Source of the DNA: Sphagnum compactum
Lineage: Eukaryota
Direction of reading: 5' to 3'
Assembly: GCA_965153455.1 (NCBI GenBank)
Contig: OZ234493.1
Coordinates: 19,706,213-19,770,212 of the forward strand
DNA length: 64,000 bases
Part shown: one piece after another, positions 1 through 10,378 of the stretch
Layout: every line of letters begins with the position of its first letter
How positions within the stretch are numbered: position 1 is the first letter of the stretch
Notes under the pieces: model-generated
The model's input: only the letters and a program-made list of their open reading frames with translations
What the model was told of the DNA's origin: nothing
Databases searched by the model: none
Position numbers and translations under genes: made by a program

Positions 1-425
1 TCCAAGGCCGAATCAGCACTTCCTGTTGATTCTGCAGCACTACCAATTCTGACATACACCCCTACAGAGACTCCTACCTGAAACCTTACGGAATGAGGCC
101 ACAATGTGGCCAATGCCAAGCTCGTACTCATTAGGCTTGTTGTGCTTTGTAAACATACCTCCAAATACATTAAGAAAAATATGGGAGGTTTTTATGGTAA
201 ATGAAATCCACTAACTAGGTTATTTTTGACCATATTGACCCTTTAAACTGGACATCCAAAAGGTGCAGCGTTTGGGTTAGTTGAGCAAGATTGAAGAGTG
301 TGGGCCTATGGCCTTCCATGGAAATGTATGCCAGCCCAGACTACTCAACCGTATGTATATAGAGGAGCAAGTCGTGCTTATCTTTGTGTGCTGCTTCTCT
401 CTTTGCTCCTTCCTAGTTGGTTTCC

Positions 426-1267
426 TGACACACTAGCTACTTCTCAACTTCCACCCCTTCAGGACACACCTCCAATCACCATGGCCAACCTATTGCAGGC
501 AGTCGATGCATTAGGTTTTGTGACACACTAGCTATTTCACAACTTCCACCCCTTCAGGACACACCTCCAATCACCATGGCCAACCTATTGCTGGCAGTCG
601 ATGCATTAGGTTACGTGACACACTAACTACTTCCCAACTTCCACCCCTTCAGGACACACCTCCAATCACAATGGCCAACCTATTGCAAGCAGTCGATGCA
701 TTAGGTTTCGTGACACACTAGCTACTTCCCAACTTCCACCCCTTCAGAACACACCTCCAATCACCATGGCCAACCTATTGCAGGCAGTCGATGCATTAGG
801 TTTAGTGACACACTAGCTACTTCCCAACTTCCACCCCTTCAGGACCCACCTCCAATCACCATGGCCAACCTATTGCAGGCAGTCGATGCATTAGGTTTTG
901 TGACACACTAGCTACTTCCCAACTTCCACCCCTTCAGGACCCACCTCCAATCACCATGGCCAACCTATTGCAGGCAGTCGATGCATTAGGTTTTGTGACA
1001 CACTAGCTACTTCCCAACTTCCACCCCTTCAGGACACACCTCCAATCACCATGGCCAACCTATTGCAGGCAGTCGATGCATTAGGTTTCGTGACACACTA
1101 GCTACTTCCCAACTTCCACCCCTTCAGGACCCACCTCCAATCACCATGCCCAACCTATTGCAGGCAGTCGATGCATTAGGTTTTGTGACACACTAGCTAT
1201 TTCCCAACTTTCACCCCTTCAGGACCCACCTCCAATCACCATGGCCAACCTATTGCAGGCAGTCGAT
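426..1267. repeat. 95-bp tandem repeat, ~8.9 copies, near-identical
   Basis: TGACACACTA recurs at 426, 521, 616, 711, 806, 901, 996, 1091 and 1186 (exact 95-bp period). Units differ by only a few substitutions. The array ends at AGTCGAT (1267). Confidence 0.98.
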
Positions 1268-2051
1268 TTTTTCACATCTAGTTTGAGCTAACTTGATGTC
1301 ATGTAAATTCTTCCTTTTTCCTTATTCCTTGGTACATTTTTCAATTCTAGAGTGTGTTTACAAATAAAGTTTTGCAGGGTTGCACCAAATAAAAGTGAGA
1401 CAGTGTGAATGGAGAAAATGTAGCTGGAGATCAAGAAAAAAGGGACATAAATATGTACACAGAAGTTGTAATAATTATGGTGAAATTCCAAAAAGTAATG
1501 AACATAAACTGGACAGAAACTTAAAATAGTAGAACTTAGATTAATCGACTTTACCTTTCAACCGTCTCTTGGGACCAGGTGTTTTTTTAATAAAAAAATT
1601 CCAAATTTTTTGATATTAACATTTGGTGAATGTTTCCAGAAATTAGCAAATTTACTTGAATTTACTCAAAACTTAAATTTTTTGTGATAAAAAACAGAAA
1701 ATTTTGTCCAAAGAAAATTACTGCTTAGGAAGTTTGGATCACTGGTTTTTTTTTTATCCTTTTCTTTTTTTTCAATTCTCTGATTTTTCAAAATTGAAAA
1801 AAATTGGTAAACATGAATTTTCCGAAATAAATCTCAATAAAAAAATTTAAAAAGAAAAAAAATTTTGGTATAAAAGAATTCACTGCTTTAGACTTCTGTA
1901 ATGCTAAAATTGCAAAAATGCTCTCCAAAATGTGCCTGTGGGATAGTGACAAGTAAATAAATAAATAAGGGAAAATCACACTGCAAGGGAACAAGAGAAG
2001 AAAAAAGAAAGGACCAAAGTCCAAACAAAAGATTCATAATGGGTTTTCTTT

Positions 2052-2335
2052 CAGTGTTGGTCTGGTATACAGGCCTGTGCCGAGCATGAATGCTAGTATC
2101 AAGACTGGTAGCAAGGACCTTACCAGTCCGGTACGAGTTGAGACAATACCAGCCTTATACCAGTACCAGTCTGCTAGGTACTTGAGCAATATTAACCTTC
2201 TATTGAATTTACACTAGTTTCAATACCAGTTATATACCTTCCATATACTAGTCCAAAAAAACCTTGGACCTGTTACCAGGACTGAACTGGTATGCAAGTT
2301 TTAAAAAATACCCAACACCAGTACCAGCCTACTGG
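2052..2335. mobile_element. Truncated MITE of the same family as 28841-29168
   Basis: Starts with CAGTGTTGGTCTGGTAT, nearly identical to the terminus at 28841. Interior is rich in ACCAG/CTGGT motifs. No clear right TIR. Confidence 0.55.
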
Positions 2336-3038
2336 ATCATGTGTAGGGTAAAGAAATGGCGGTGGGTGAAAAAAAACCATGGGTAAAATCTATTGACTTT
2401 ACTCCGGACAGCCCATTCTCATGACTCATAAACTGGAAACAAAAGTGAACTGAAAATCAGCATCGGATTCACACTGTTAACTGGATATTACGTAAATTTA
2501 CTGTTAACTGGAGGTTAAATAAAAATGCATGTGACCAACCCACCACACAAGAGTGGTTCTTCGAATGTTTGAGCCCATTAAATCCAAGATCATATGACCC
2601 GGCCATGTGACCCAGAACCACCAGTGCACCATCCATTAGAAACCTGTTACAACTCAGTTGTGGATGAACCACAACTAAAGTTTAAGAGCACCCTTCCATC
2701 GAGAAGCTACTTTCACACCTTCAGCTTTGGAAGGTCCAGTAGCTAGGTTTCAATTAGCAGGAAGTTTTGAAGCTCAAGGTGTGGCTAGGGTTCACTAGTG
2801 CTGGGCCTCCTTCCAACAACACTTGCAACACTTGTCATGTTCTCATTAACAACCACTACAATCCCACACTTCTCTATAAGACACCTGTAAATCTTATCTT
2901 CCTTGTTAGGATGAAAGGAAATGCAAGGTGCAAACGAAGAATATTCCTAGCAAGAAGCTTTGAAATCCTGCACCTTGAGAAAGTCTAATGGAAAGACACC
3001 TTAATAAATTTCTTCAAAGGAAATTAGGTAATGAAATG

Positions 3039-3100
3039 GCCTTAGATACCTACCTACATAATAACCCCATGTGGTTACTATGTAGGTAGGTATCTAAGGC
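3039..3100. repeat. 62-bp near-perfect palindrome (hairpin)
   Basis: GCCTTAGATACCTACCTACATA (3039-3060) pairs perfectly with TATGTAGGTAGGTATCTAAGGC (3079-3100). The inner 18 nt also pair except for two mismatches, centred on CATG. Confidence 0.9.
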
Positions 3101-3189
3101 ACTTGCCGACTGCTAGGTAGCTAGATGCATGTGGATGGTTCGTGGTAAGTAGATAGCCACCCTGTTTTCAAAGATTTTTTAAAAATGTA

Positions 3190-3470
3190 GCCTAAGTGGC
3201 AATTGTCCGCACGAAGATGTAGAGAAAATGGTGATCACCCATAGGAAGATTTAGCCAAATGTGGCTATAAATCAGATATGAAGTATAAAAGTTTTAAACA
3301 ACCTTCTTTACTCATGGCTACATAACCAAAACCCAATATAGAAGAAATCTGATGATTTTCAAATTCTTGTCTCACTTCTAGTGATTGAAACCCTTCAAAA
3401 TCACTTCATTTTCAAATTTTCTATTTTCTAGTTTGCTTTTGGCAAAATTTCACCTGGAAAAAAAAATGGC
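3190..3470. repeat. Copy of a dispersed short repeat family (related copies at ~5700-5860 and ~58480-58740)
   Basis: Shared core such as GATTTAGCCAAAT..GGCTATA at ~3249 and ~5724. A related GGCAATCATCCAAAAGAGGAATGAGCCACAATTGGCT occurs at ~58492. Confidence 0.5.
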
Positions 3471-6326
3471 TGGATAGCTAATGCAACAGGAATTCTGTGA
3501 AAAAGTGTTTCCCATCTTGCACGGTATACTAGTGTGTGCTGGTTCACTATGCACATAAATCGATTTTATTTGAACTGAATCTACTTAACACTTAATAAAA
3601 CTTTCAGATTTCTTAGTTACGCACTTTGTTTCCATTAATGTGAAAATGAAGCCACAAACTTGAGAATGATACACAGTTGTATGGAGCTTTCTTTAAGATG
3701 ATACCTGCCAACTCACTTGAAGCCATTTGCTAATTTGCAGGTTTGCCTCTTGACAACCTCTTCATAGAGCAACTCGTTGATGCAAAAGGCCAGTACCATG
3801 GCATCAAAAGTCAAGATGCCGAATATTTTTGTGGAATGCGCAGTGTGCATCATGATACCAAAGGTATTGCCACATGCCAATTGAACCAATACCAGTTATA
3901 TTGTGTATGTTTAGTCGGAAAGAATGAGTACGTGACATTTACGGCACTCACATGTAGGGTTTTTCAACCCTTATCGTCTTGCAAACTTTCTCAACTAAGG
4001 GAATGAAGCTTTTCTACCAAGCCACGAGCTTGCAACAATTTGTTGTAACATGTTACCATATCATCATCACAGTCACAAGAACATCATAATTGTCGAAATG
4101 TGTATTAGCTCCTTTTTTTTGGAAGTGTATTGAAGCCTGCGTTTAAAATTTTCCCAAATAAAATTAATTTTACAAAAGTTTTGAAGTTTTGTGAAGAAAC
4201 GGTTTTCACAATGAAAAACCCATCTTCCCAATACTTTTTCAAAATTTTACAGCAAAACAGCAAAAACAATGTCCAAAGGCCAATCGCCGACTGAAGCATT
4301 ATGAGTCCTAGATTTCAGAAATCTTATGTAAACCCTAAAATGCGAAGTGTCCCACCCAAATTTCCAGATGTATTTTAACATATTGTACGTACTTATGTAT
4401 GCTATTTTGGCACTAAGGTAATTTCGCCACCTCAGAAAACTATATTCCCAAGATTAATTCTTAATTGATTAGCCATAATTCAATTAGTACTCAATCATTT
4501 GGTTGCTCCATTTCTTAACCATATCATCTAACTAACTATTCTTTTCTGCCTGTTTGAACATGTTGCACTTGGGCCTATCGCGTAGAATAAAGTCACACAA
4601 CGTGGCAGATGTGGATGGTCACGGAGCCAGGTTTTAAGAAAAGAAACCCATTATCTAGGTACCCAAAATTCCTTTTGTTTCCTTCCTTTATTCGTTTGAT
4701 AGATTTTTTTTTTTGGGAAATAGATCACATGAAGGGGATTGAATGGTCTCATTGGTTGCCTCAACATTTGAATGAAACACCCAAACATCTCCTTTTTAGG
4801 TTTAAAGAAGACATGCTAAGTGTAGCCATTCATAGTTTTAAGAAAACCAAACTCTAACATTTCATAGGGTTTGAAGCCATGTGCCCATCGATCACAAGCC
4901 AATCAACTTTCTTGTGGCAAGGTTGTATCCAATTTCAATGGTCATTGAATTTTAATTATGTTTTGATTTGATACTAAAGCTAGATTGTGGGCCTACATTC
5001 GTAAGTTGTTAAAATTGAGGAGATTTTAAATGGGGGCTTTTCACAGGTTTCTAAGTTCAAGGAATTGAACCAATGTTGCATGTCAATCTCATTTTCAATG
5101 TCAAACGTAATGTGACTTGTGATTTTTGATATCTATGATAAACCAACCATCCGAGCTTACAAGCATGATTTAAAGCTTGTTTTGTTGAGTTCTATAGGTT
5201 GATGACCACCCTACAACAACTGTTTTCTAATTGGCTGCTGCAAAATTTGACAATGAGGTATTGGATTGCAGCCCAGATGCTTACAGCAACAACCCACACA
5301 ACACAATATAAGCAACACAAAAAAGCCCATGGCTCAATATCATATATAGTAAAAGACGTAGGGATGTTAAATGAAGCTTCCCCTGAATCCATCCGGTCAT
5401 CTATCCGTCCGTCATCCGTCGAGTCCATCCGTCCAATCATGGTCTGTTTACTCCGATGGGGCGAAGATGGGGCGAAGAAAACAGTGGAGTACAGACGCGG
5501 CGGATGCTCAAACCAGATTTAGACAGTGAGTCCGTGTAGCTCGCCTAGATTTAGGCAGGATTGCAGAAAAAACTCTACTGTCCGCTTAGGACAGTCGCCA
5601 TTTAATGTAAATTAAAGCTGGGGATCCTTGCCATTGCACCTACCTAAGGAATTTGAAAAAAAAATCCCTATTATACAGGGTTTGCTTTCTTTCAATTTTT
5701 GTGATTAGTTATCCCACAAAGAGGATTTAGCCAAATTAGGCTATAGACCATATTAATGACAGTGAATAAAACATTTAAGAATATTTATGCTTTATATCTA
5801 TTTGGCGAATTCAAATTATTTTTTCTAAATTTGGCGATTAGGGCCATTCCTTTTCACAAAAAATGTTAGAATGTGTAGAAAAAAAAATCTCAGGTTGAAA
5901 CAATGAAAATAAATTCCCCCAAAAAGAACCTAGAAATGTGGTATATAGAGAGGTTTTGGAAATGTAGTTTGTAGTTGTAATTTCGTAATATGTACCGTCA
6001 ATTCAGTCTTGCATACCAGCAAGCTAACAACTCCATGACTTCATCCCAGGCTATAACCCAATAGCAATTTGTGAAACAAAATCATTCTTAGATAAGTGGT
6101 CACCAGAAAAAACCTGTTAGAGCCTGATTGGCCAAAAATAATCCTCTTGCCAAAATATTCACTATTAAAAATAGACAATAGAGAAAAAATGTGTTTTTTA
6201 GTAGGTCATGAATACCTAGACTTGGCTTAGTTCCAAGTAAGGTTACAAACCAACGCTCCATATTGACAAATATTTCCAGTCGGGCTAAGCCTAAACTCCA
6301 AATGATCATTTTTTTCCCTTCCTCTT

Positions 6327-6643
6327 GGGTGTTTTTGCAATCTCATTTCTCAAGGGCTTTCTTTGGATCCCATTTTTTTCCCCTTCGATTCGGGTGGGTT
6401 TTTTACAATCTCATTTCTCAAGACCTTTCTATCGATCCCATATTTTTCCCTTCTTTTTTTGGTGTTTTTGCATCTCCTTTCTCAAGGGCTTTCTTTTGAT
6501 TCCAAATTTTTTTCCTTTGTTTTAGGTGTTTTCTGTGGGTCTCATTTCTCAACTGCTCTTGTAATCCCAAACCTTTCATTCTTTTTGGGTGGATTTGCGT
6601 TCTCATTTTGCAAGGGGCTTTCTTTTTGTATCATTTTCCCTCC
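6327..6643. repeat. Degenerate ~65-bp minisatellite, 5 copies, upstream of the AP2 gene
   Basis: Units of GGTGTTTTTGCAATCTCATTTCTCAAGGGCTTTCTTT..ATCCC..TTTTTCCCTT start at about 6327, 6392, 6460, 6525 and 6587. Confidence 0.85.
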
Positions 6644-7476
6644 TTTTAAAAAAACAAGAGGTGTGTCACAGGGTGGCCTTGCCGCTTACATTAAAAAAGT
6701 ATCTTAAGGCAAAAGAAGAATTTTGGAAATCCTCTAAAAGGAACCAAAAGCCTTCAAGATGATCATAACTCTATAACTAATCTCAAGTTTCTATGAGAAA
6801 GCCAAAAAATCATCTTTCAAAAATCCTCGTATAAAATAGACCTACTCCTAGCGGCCAAAAGCCATTAAGCTACCATACCCTATAATGAATCTAACTACAA
6901 TATCCTTGCCTTGGTAAGCAAGGCCAATAAAAAAATTCATTCTTTTGCGATTCAACTGGCCCTTCTAAGGAGCATGGCCTTTGCATAAAACCCCGATTAC
7001 ATGACCTCATTCACATGACACAGCACTTTTCCGACATTTTCCGGCCCTACGAGACTCTCACTTTCGTCGTAGCTGGCAAACAAAGAGAGCGTTCTGTTTG
7101 CGATGGCCATCGCCATAGCCTAGAGCGAGCAAGAGAGAGAGAGAGACACAGAGACAGAGAGGCGGTGGGACGACGGAGCTCCTTGTTTCGCTGATGAATA
7201 AAAGCGATGGAGTCGGTGGCGGATGAGGTGACCGGGAGAAATCGCACCTGCACGGCTGCTGGGCTGTGTACGTCTATGTTGTTGATATCGCGACATCAAC
7301 GCCTTCATACGTCCTTGGTGCACTTCCCACACCCTTGCTTCTGGTCTCCTTAGCATCTCCTGCTCGCACATACGATATACAATAAGCAGGTACCCTTTCT
7401 CTTCCTCCTGGATTTCTCTGAAAACAATGGGGTCTTTTTTGGTTTTTGTTTTTTGTTTCAATTTTTCCGTTTCATT

Positions 7477-8247
7477 TTCATTCTCAGTTCGTGGATTCTT
7501 GCTCCTTTCATTCTTTCATTCTTTCGTCCTGTAGACGACAATCTCTGTGTCCTAGTTTCTCCGATGTATACAAAGACAATAGACTTCACATGATCCTTAG
7601 TTTTTTTGTTGAATCTTGTCTTGTTGCCGTTTGTCGGGCAGCTTCGTCATGGCTAGTCTCTCGCTATGTCAGTTTATGTTCGTCTTAGTTCATGGAAGAA
7701 GAATACAATTTGCAGTCGATGTGATTCTCCATTGTGCATACACAACAACACTTTCTTACAGTGTTCGAGAAACACTTCCAAAATCGATTGACGTCACACT
7801 AGTCGTAATGGAATGCGAAACTAGTGTGGAGACTCTGAAGTGGGTTGTCTTTTTTTTGTGGGCTGGATGTTCATTCTCAGTTCGATTCTTGCTCCTTTCT
7901 TTCGTCCTGTAGACTACAACCTCTGTGTCTAGTGCAGCTAGTTTCTGATGTGTGCAAAGACAATCTAGACTGTATCCTTGGTGTTTTGTTTCGTGTTGAG
8001 TTGCCGTTTTTCAGGCATCTTCGTCCAGGGTAGTCTCTCGCTATGTCATTGATACAGTTCATGTTCTTCTTTGTCCATGGAAGAAGTGTACCATTTGCAG
8101 TCGACTTGATTCTCCATTGTGCATACACAACAACACTTTCTTACAGTGTTCTTTCTTTTCCTGAGATGTTCTTCCAAAACCGATATACATAGAGCCACAC
8201 TTGTAGGCGTAATCTAATGCGAAACTAGACTGCAATTTGCCTGAAGT
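7477..8247. repeat. ~390-bp imperfect direct duplication in the probable 5'-UTR intron of the AP2 gene
   Basis: TTCATTCTCAGTTCG..ATTCTTGCTCCTTTC at ~7477 and ~7870. Both copies share GATTCTCCATTGTGCATACACAACAACACTTTCTTACAGTGTTC and end near AATGCGAAACTAG..CTGAAGT. Confidence 0.9.
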
Positions 8248-8620
8248 CTACTAGATCGAGTTGACTGCATGTATCGGGATCATTCCTGTAGAGGTGCAGC
8301 AATCGAAGGCGTGATCATTCAGCTGGATGAAGGCCTGAGAAGAGTTGCCAAGCTCATCACGCGGACGACAAGCTACACATGTGCCGGACGTGGGACTAAT
8401 GGAGATTGATGAGGTTTGAGGGCTCGATCCCGTCCCAACTCCCTGCAAGTCATCTCTCGTGGTGTTGTTGGGTGAAGCTGCTTCCAATGTTCGAGTTCAT
8501 GATCTTGTGTGATATTGCAGAATCTGTATCGATTCTGTTGCGGTTCTGATCAATAGAGATCAGGTGAAGAAGCTGAAGTACAAAAGCTCTGGCCGCGTAA
8601 GCACTTGGTAATCCAGGGAC

Positions 8621-10378
8621 ATGGGTGATCCGGGCCACACAGCATGGGATCCTCCTAGCACCCTGCGGGCGAAATACAGGGAGAAGATCAAGAAATTGCA
8701 AAGGGACAGAGTCAGTGGTAAAGGATCAGCTGCTTCTTCCTCCTCAGTTCCTAGGAAACGACGATGTAGTGGAGGAGCTTGCTCGAGGTCATGTTCTCCT
8801 CCGAAAGCTTCAGAAGTTGAGCAAGCTGGAAGTCCGCAAGCTCCAATCTTTGGAAGACGAGAAACTTCAGATACGCCTCTAGGCGCCACCCGTGTTCTTG
8901 ATCGCGGGAAGAGCATACTAATTGCAGTCGAGAATCATGTCGGAGGAGGAGGAGGAGGAGGAGGAGGAGAGTGCAGCTATCAAGCACCAGAAGCTGACAG
9001 TCCCGAACGTCTTCAAAACTCTCGAGCTGTTTCTCAAGGACATGGTCATGACAAGAAGAAGAAGAAGAAGAAGAATGATGCAGCGGATACAGTCGCTACT
9101 TCTTCTTCGACGGTCCCTGAAAACTTGTTTCCCACAGCTGGGCCCGGGGCGGCGCCGGCCGAGAGAACGATCAGAGGAATCCGACATCGCAGGGAGAAAT
9201 GGGAAGTGGAGATTCGGGTGGCAGTTGCAAAGCAGAAATTTCTGGGATTCGAAAGGATTACCCTAGGGGTGCACGATACACTTGGACAAGCTTGTGTTGC
9301 ACTGAATGTCGGCGTCTTCTACTGCGGCAAATGGCCACCAGCTTGCGTAATTTCTGACCCGCGGATACTCTCCTCTCTCCTTCCCCTAGAAAAACTAGAC
9401 AAGCTTCCTCCCACAGAAATGAAGAAACAAATACAAGAGATAGCGAGGTGTGCGACTCTTGGGTATTGTACATCTGCTGATACAGTTCCCCTTTGGACTC
9501 ATCCCGGTCGCGGACTCATCAACGCAGCCGCAGCAGCTCCGGTGCAGCAGGAGGTCGAGATTGAAGAAGGCTGCAGTCATTTTGAGCTGGATCATGTGCA
9601 GCAACTGGATCAAGCTCAAAGAGCTGCTGCTGCTGCAGGTGTCAACAATCCCAGCTCCGATTTGGATCAGATCTGCAGTGAATATCTAGGTCCTGACACT
9701 ACTCAACAAGATGACTTCCCCAACACACAAGAACTGCAACATCTGCCACAGAAAAGATCATCACATGGGACAGCTGCTGCTGGTGATTCACAAATTCTGG
9801 AAGCCGCTGATCAACTGGAAGCAGCTCCACTGCAGGAAGCTGCAGACACAAATCATGTGAATATTATGGATGAGGATGATCAGCACTCAGGTGATTCATG
9901 GGATGTGGACAATGTTCTCAACCTGAATGCAGAAGAGGAAGGTCAAGTACCTTGTGCAGATTGGGTAAATGATTGCTTTGATCAGTGGCCAGTTCTCAAG
10001 TGGGAGGAGATCAACTCAGGAAATCTGCAGTTTGATATGGAGTTGGATCAGCTGGATTGGGAATACAATCTTCCAATATTGTCTGATTCCACAATCCCAC
10101 AAAACAATGTTTCCACAATTGCACATGACAACATACAAGAGTCTGAGGTTGATTATACTCTTTTCAAAAACCACATGCTTGAAGCTGATCAGACTAGAGA
10201 TGGCAGTTCTCATGGGTTGCTTCTAAAGATAGATTGGGGGCATGAACATGTGCAGGAAAATCAAGGGGATGAGATGGAATTTCAACAGTTTTTGGAGCAA
10301 TATTGCAATGAGATAGAAGTTCAACAATGTTTGGAGCAATATTGTGACGAGATGCAGTATCAACAGATGCAATTTTGA
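8621..10378 (+). CDS. Divergent AP2/ERF-domain transcription factor, 585 aa, intronless CDS
   Basis: Long ATG-TGA ORF. The segment at ~9170-9330 (IRGIRHRREKWEVEIRV...RITLGVHDTLGQACVALNV) aligns with the AP2/ERF pattern YRGVR..R..KW.AEIR...R.WLGT..T.E.AA.AYD. Basic NLS-like stretches (PRKRR, KKKKKKK) and an acidic C-terminus are present. Confidence 0.8.
   Translation: MGDPGHTAWDPPSTLRAKYREKIKKLQRDRVSGKGSAASSSSVPRKRRCSGGACSRSCSPPKASEVEQAGSPQAPIFGRRETSDTPLGATRVLDRGKSILIAVENHVGGGGGGGGGECSYQAPEADSPERLQNSRAVSQGHGHDKKKKKKKNDAADTVATSSSTVPENLFPTAGPGAAPAERTIRGIRHRREKWEVEIRVAVAKQKFLGFERITLGVHDTLGQACVALNVGVFYCGKWPPACVISDPRILSSLLPLEKLDKLPPTEMKKQIQEIARCATLGYCTSADTVPLWTHPGRGLINAAAAAPVQQEVEIEEGCSHFELDHVQQLDQAQRAAAAAGVNNPSSDLDQICSEYLGPDTTQQDDFPNTQELQHLPQKRSSHGTAAAGDSQILEAADQLEAAPLQEAADTNHVNIMDEDDQHSGDSWDVDNVLNLNAEEEGQVPCADWVNDCFDQWPVLKWEEINSGNLQFDMELDQLDWEYNLPILSDSTIPQNNVSTIAHDNIQESEVDYTLFKNHMLEADQTRDGSSHGLLLKIDWGHEHVQENQGDEMEFQQFLEQYCNEIEVQQCLEQYCDEMQYQQMQF

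Noticed and set aside
1..81. Possible C-terminus of an upstream gene (SKAESALPVDSAALPILTYTPTETPT*)
   Set aside because: Only 26 codons at the window edge, with no recognisable motif.
426..1267. CRISPR array
   Set aside because: Units are contiguous near-identical 95-mers with no unique spacers. There are no cas genes and the context is eukaryotic.
5192..5522. Overlapping 82- and 107-aa ORFs
   Set aside because: Non-ATG starts, low-complexity CCGTC/ATCC repeats and no domain. Probably repeat-derived.
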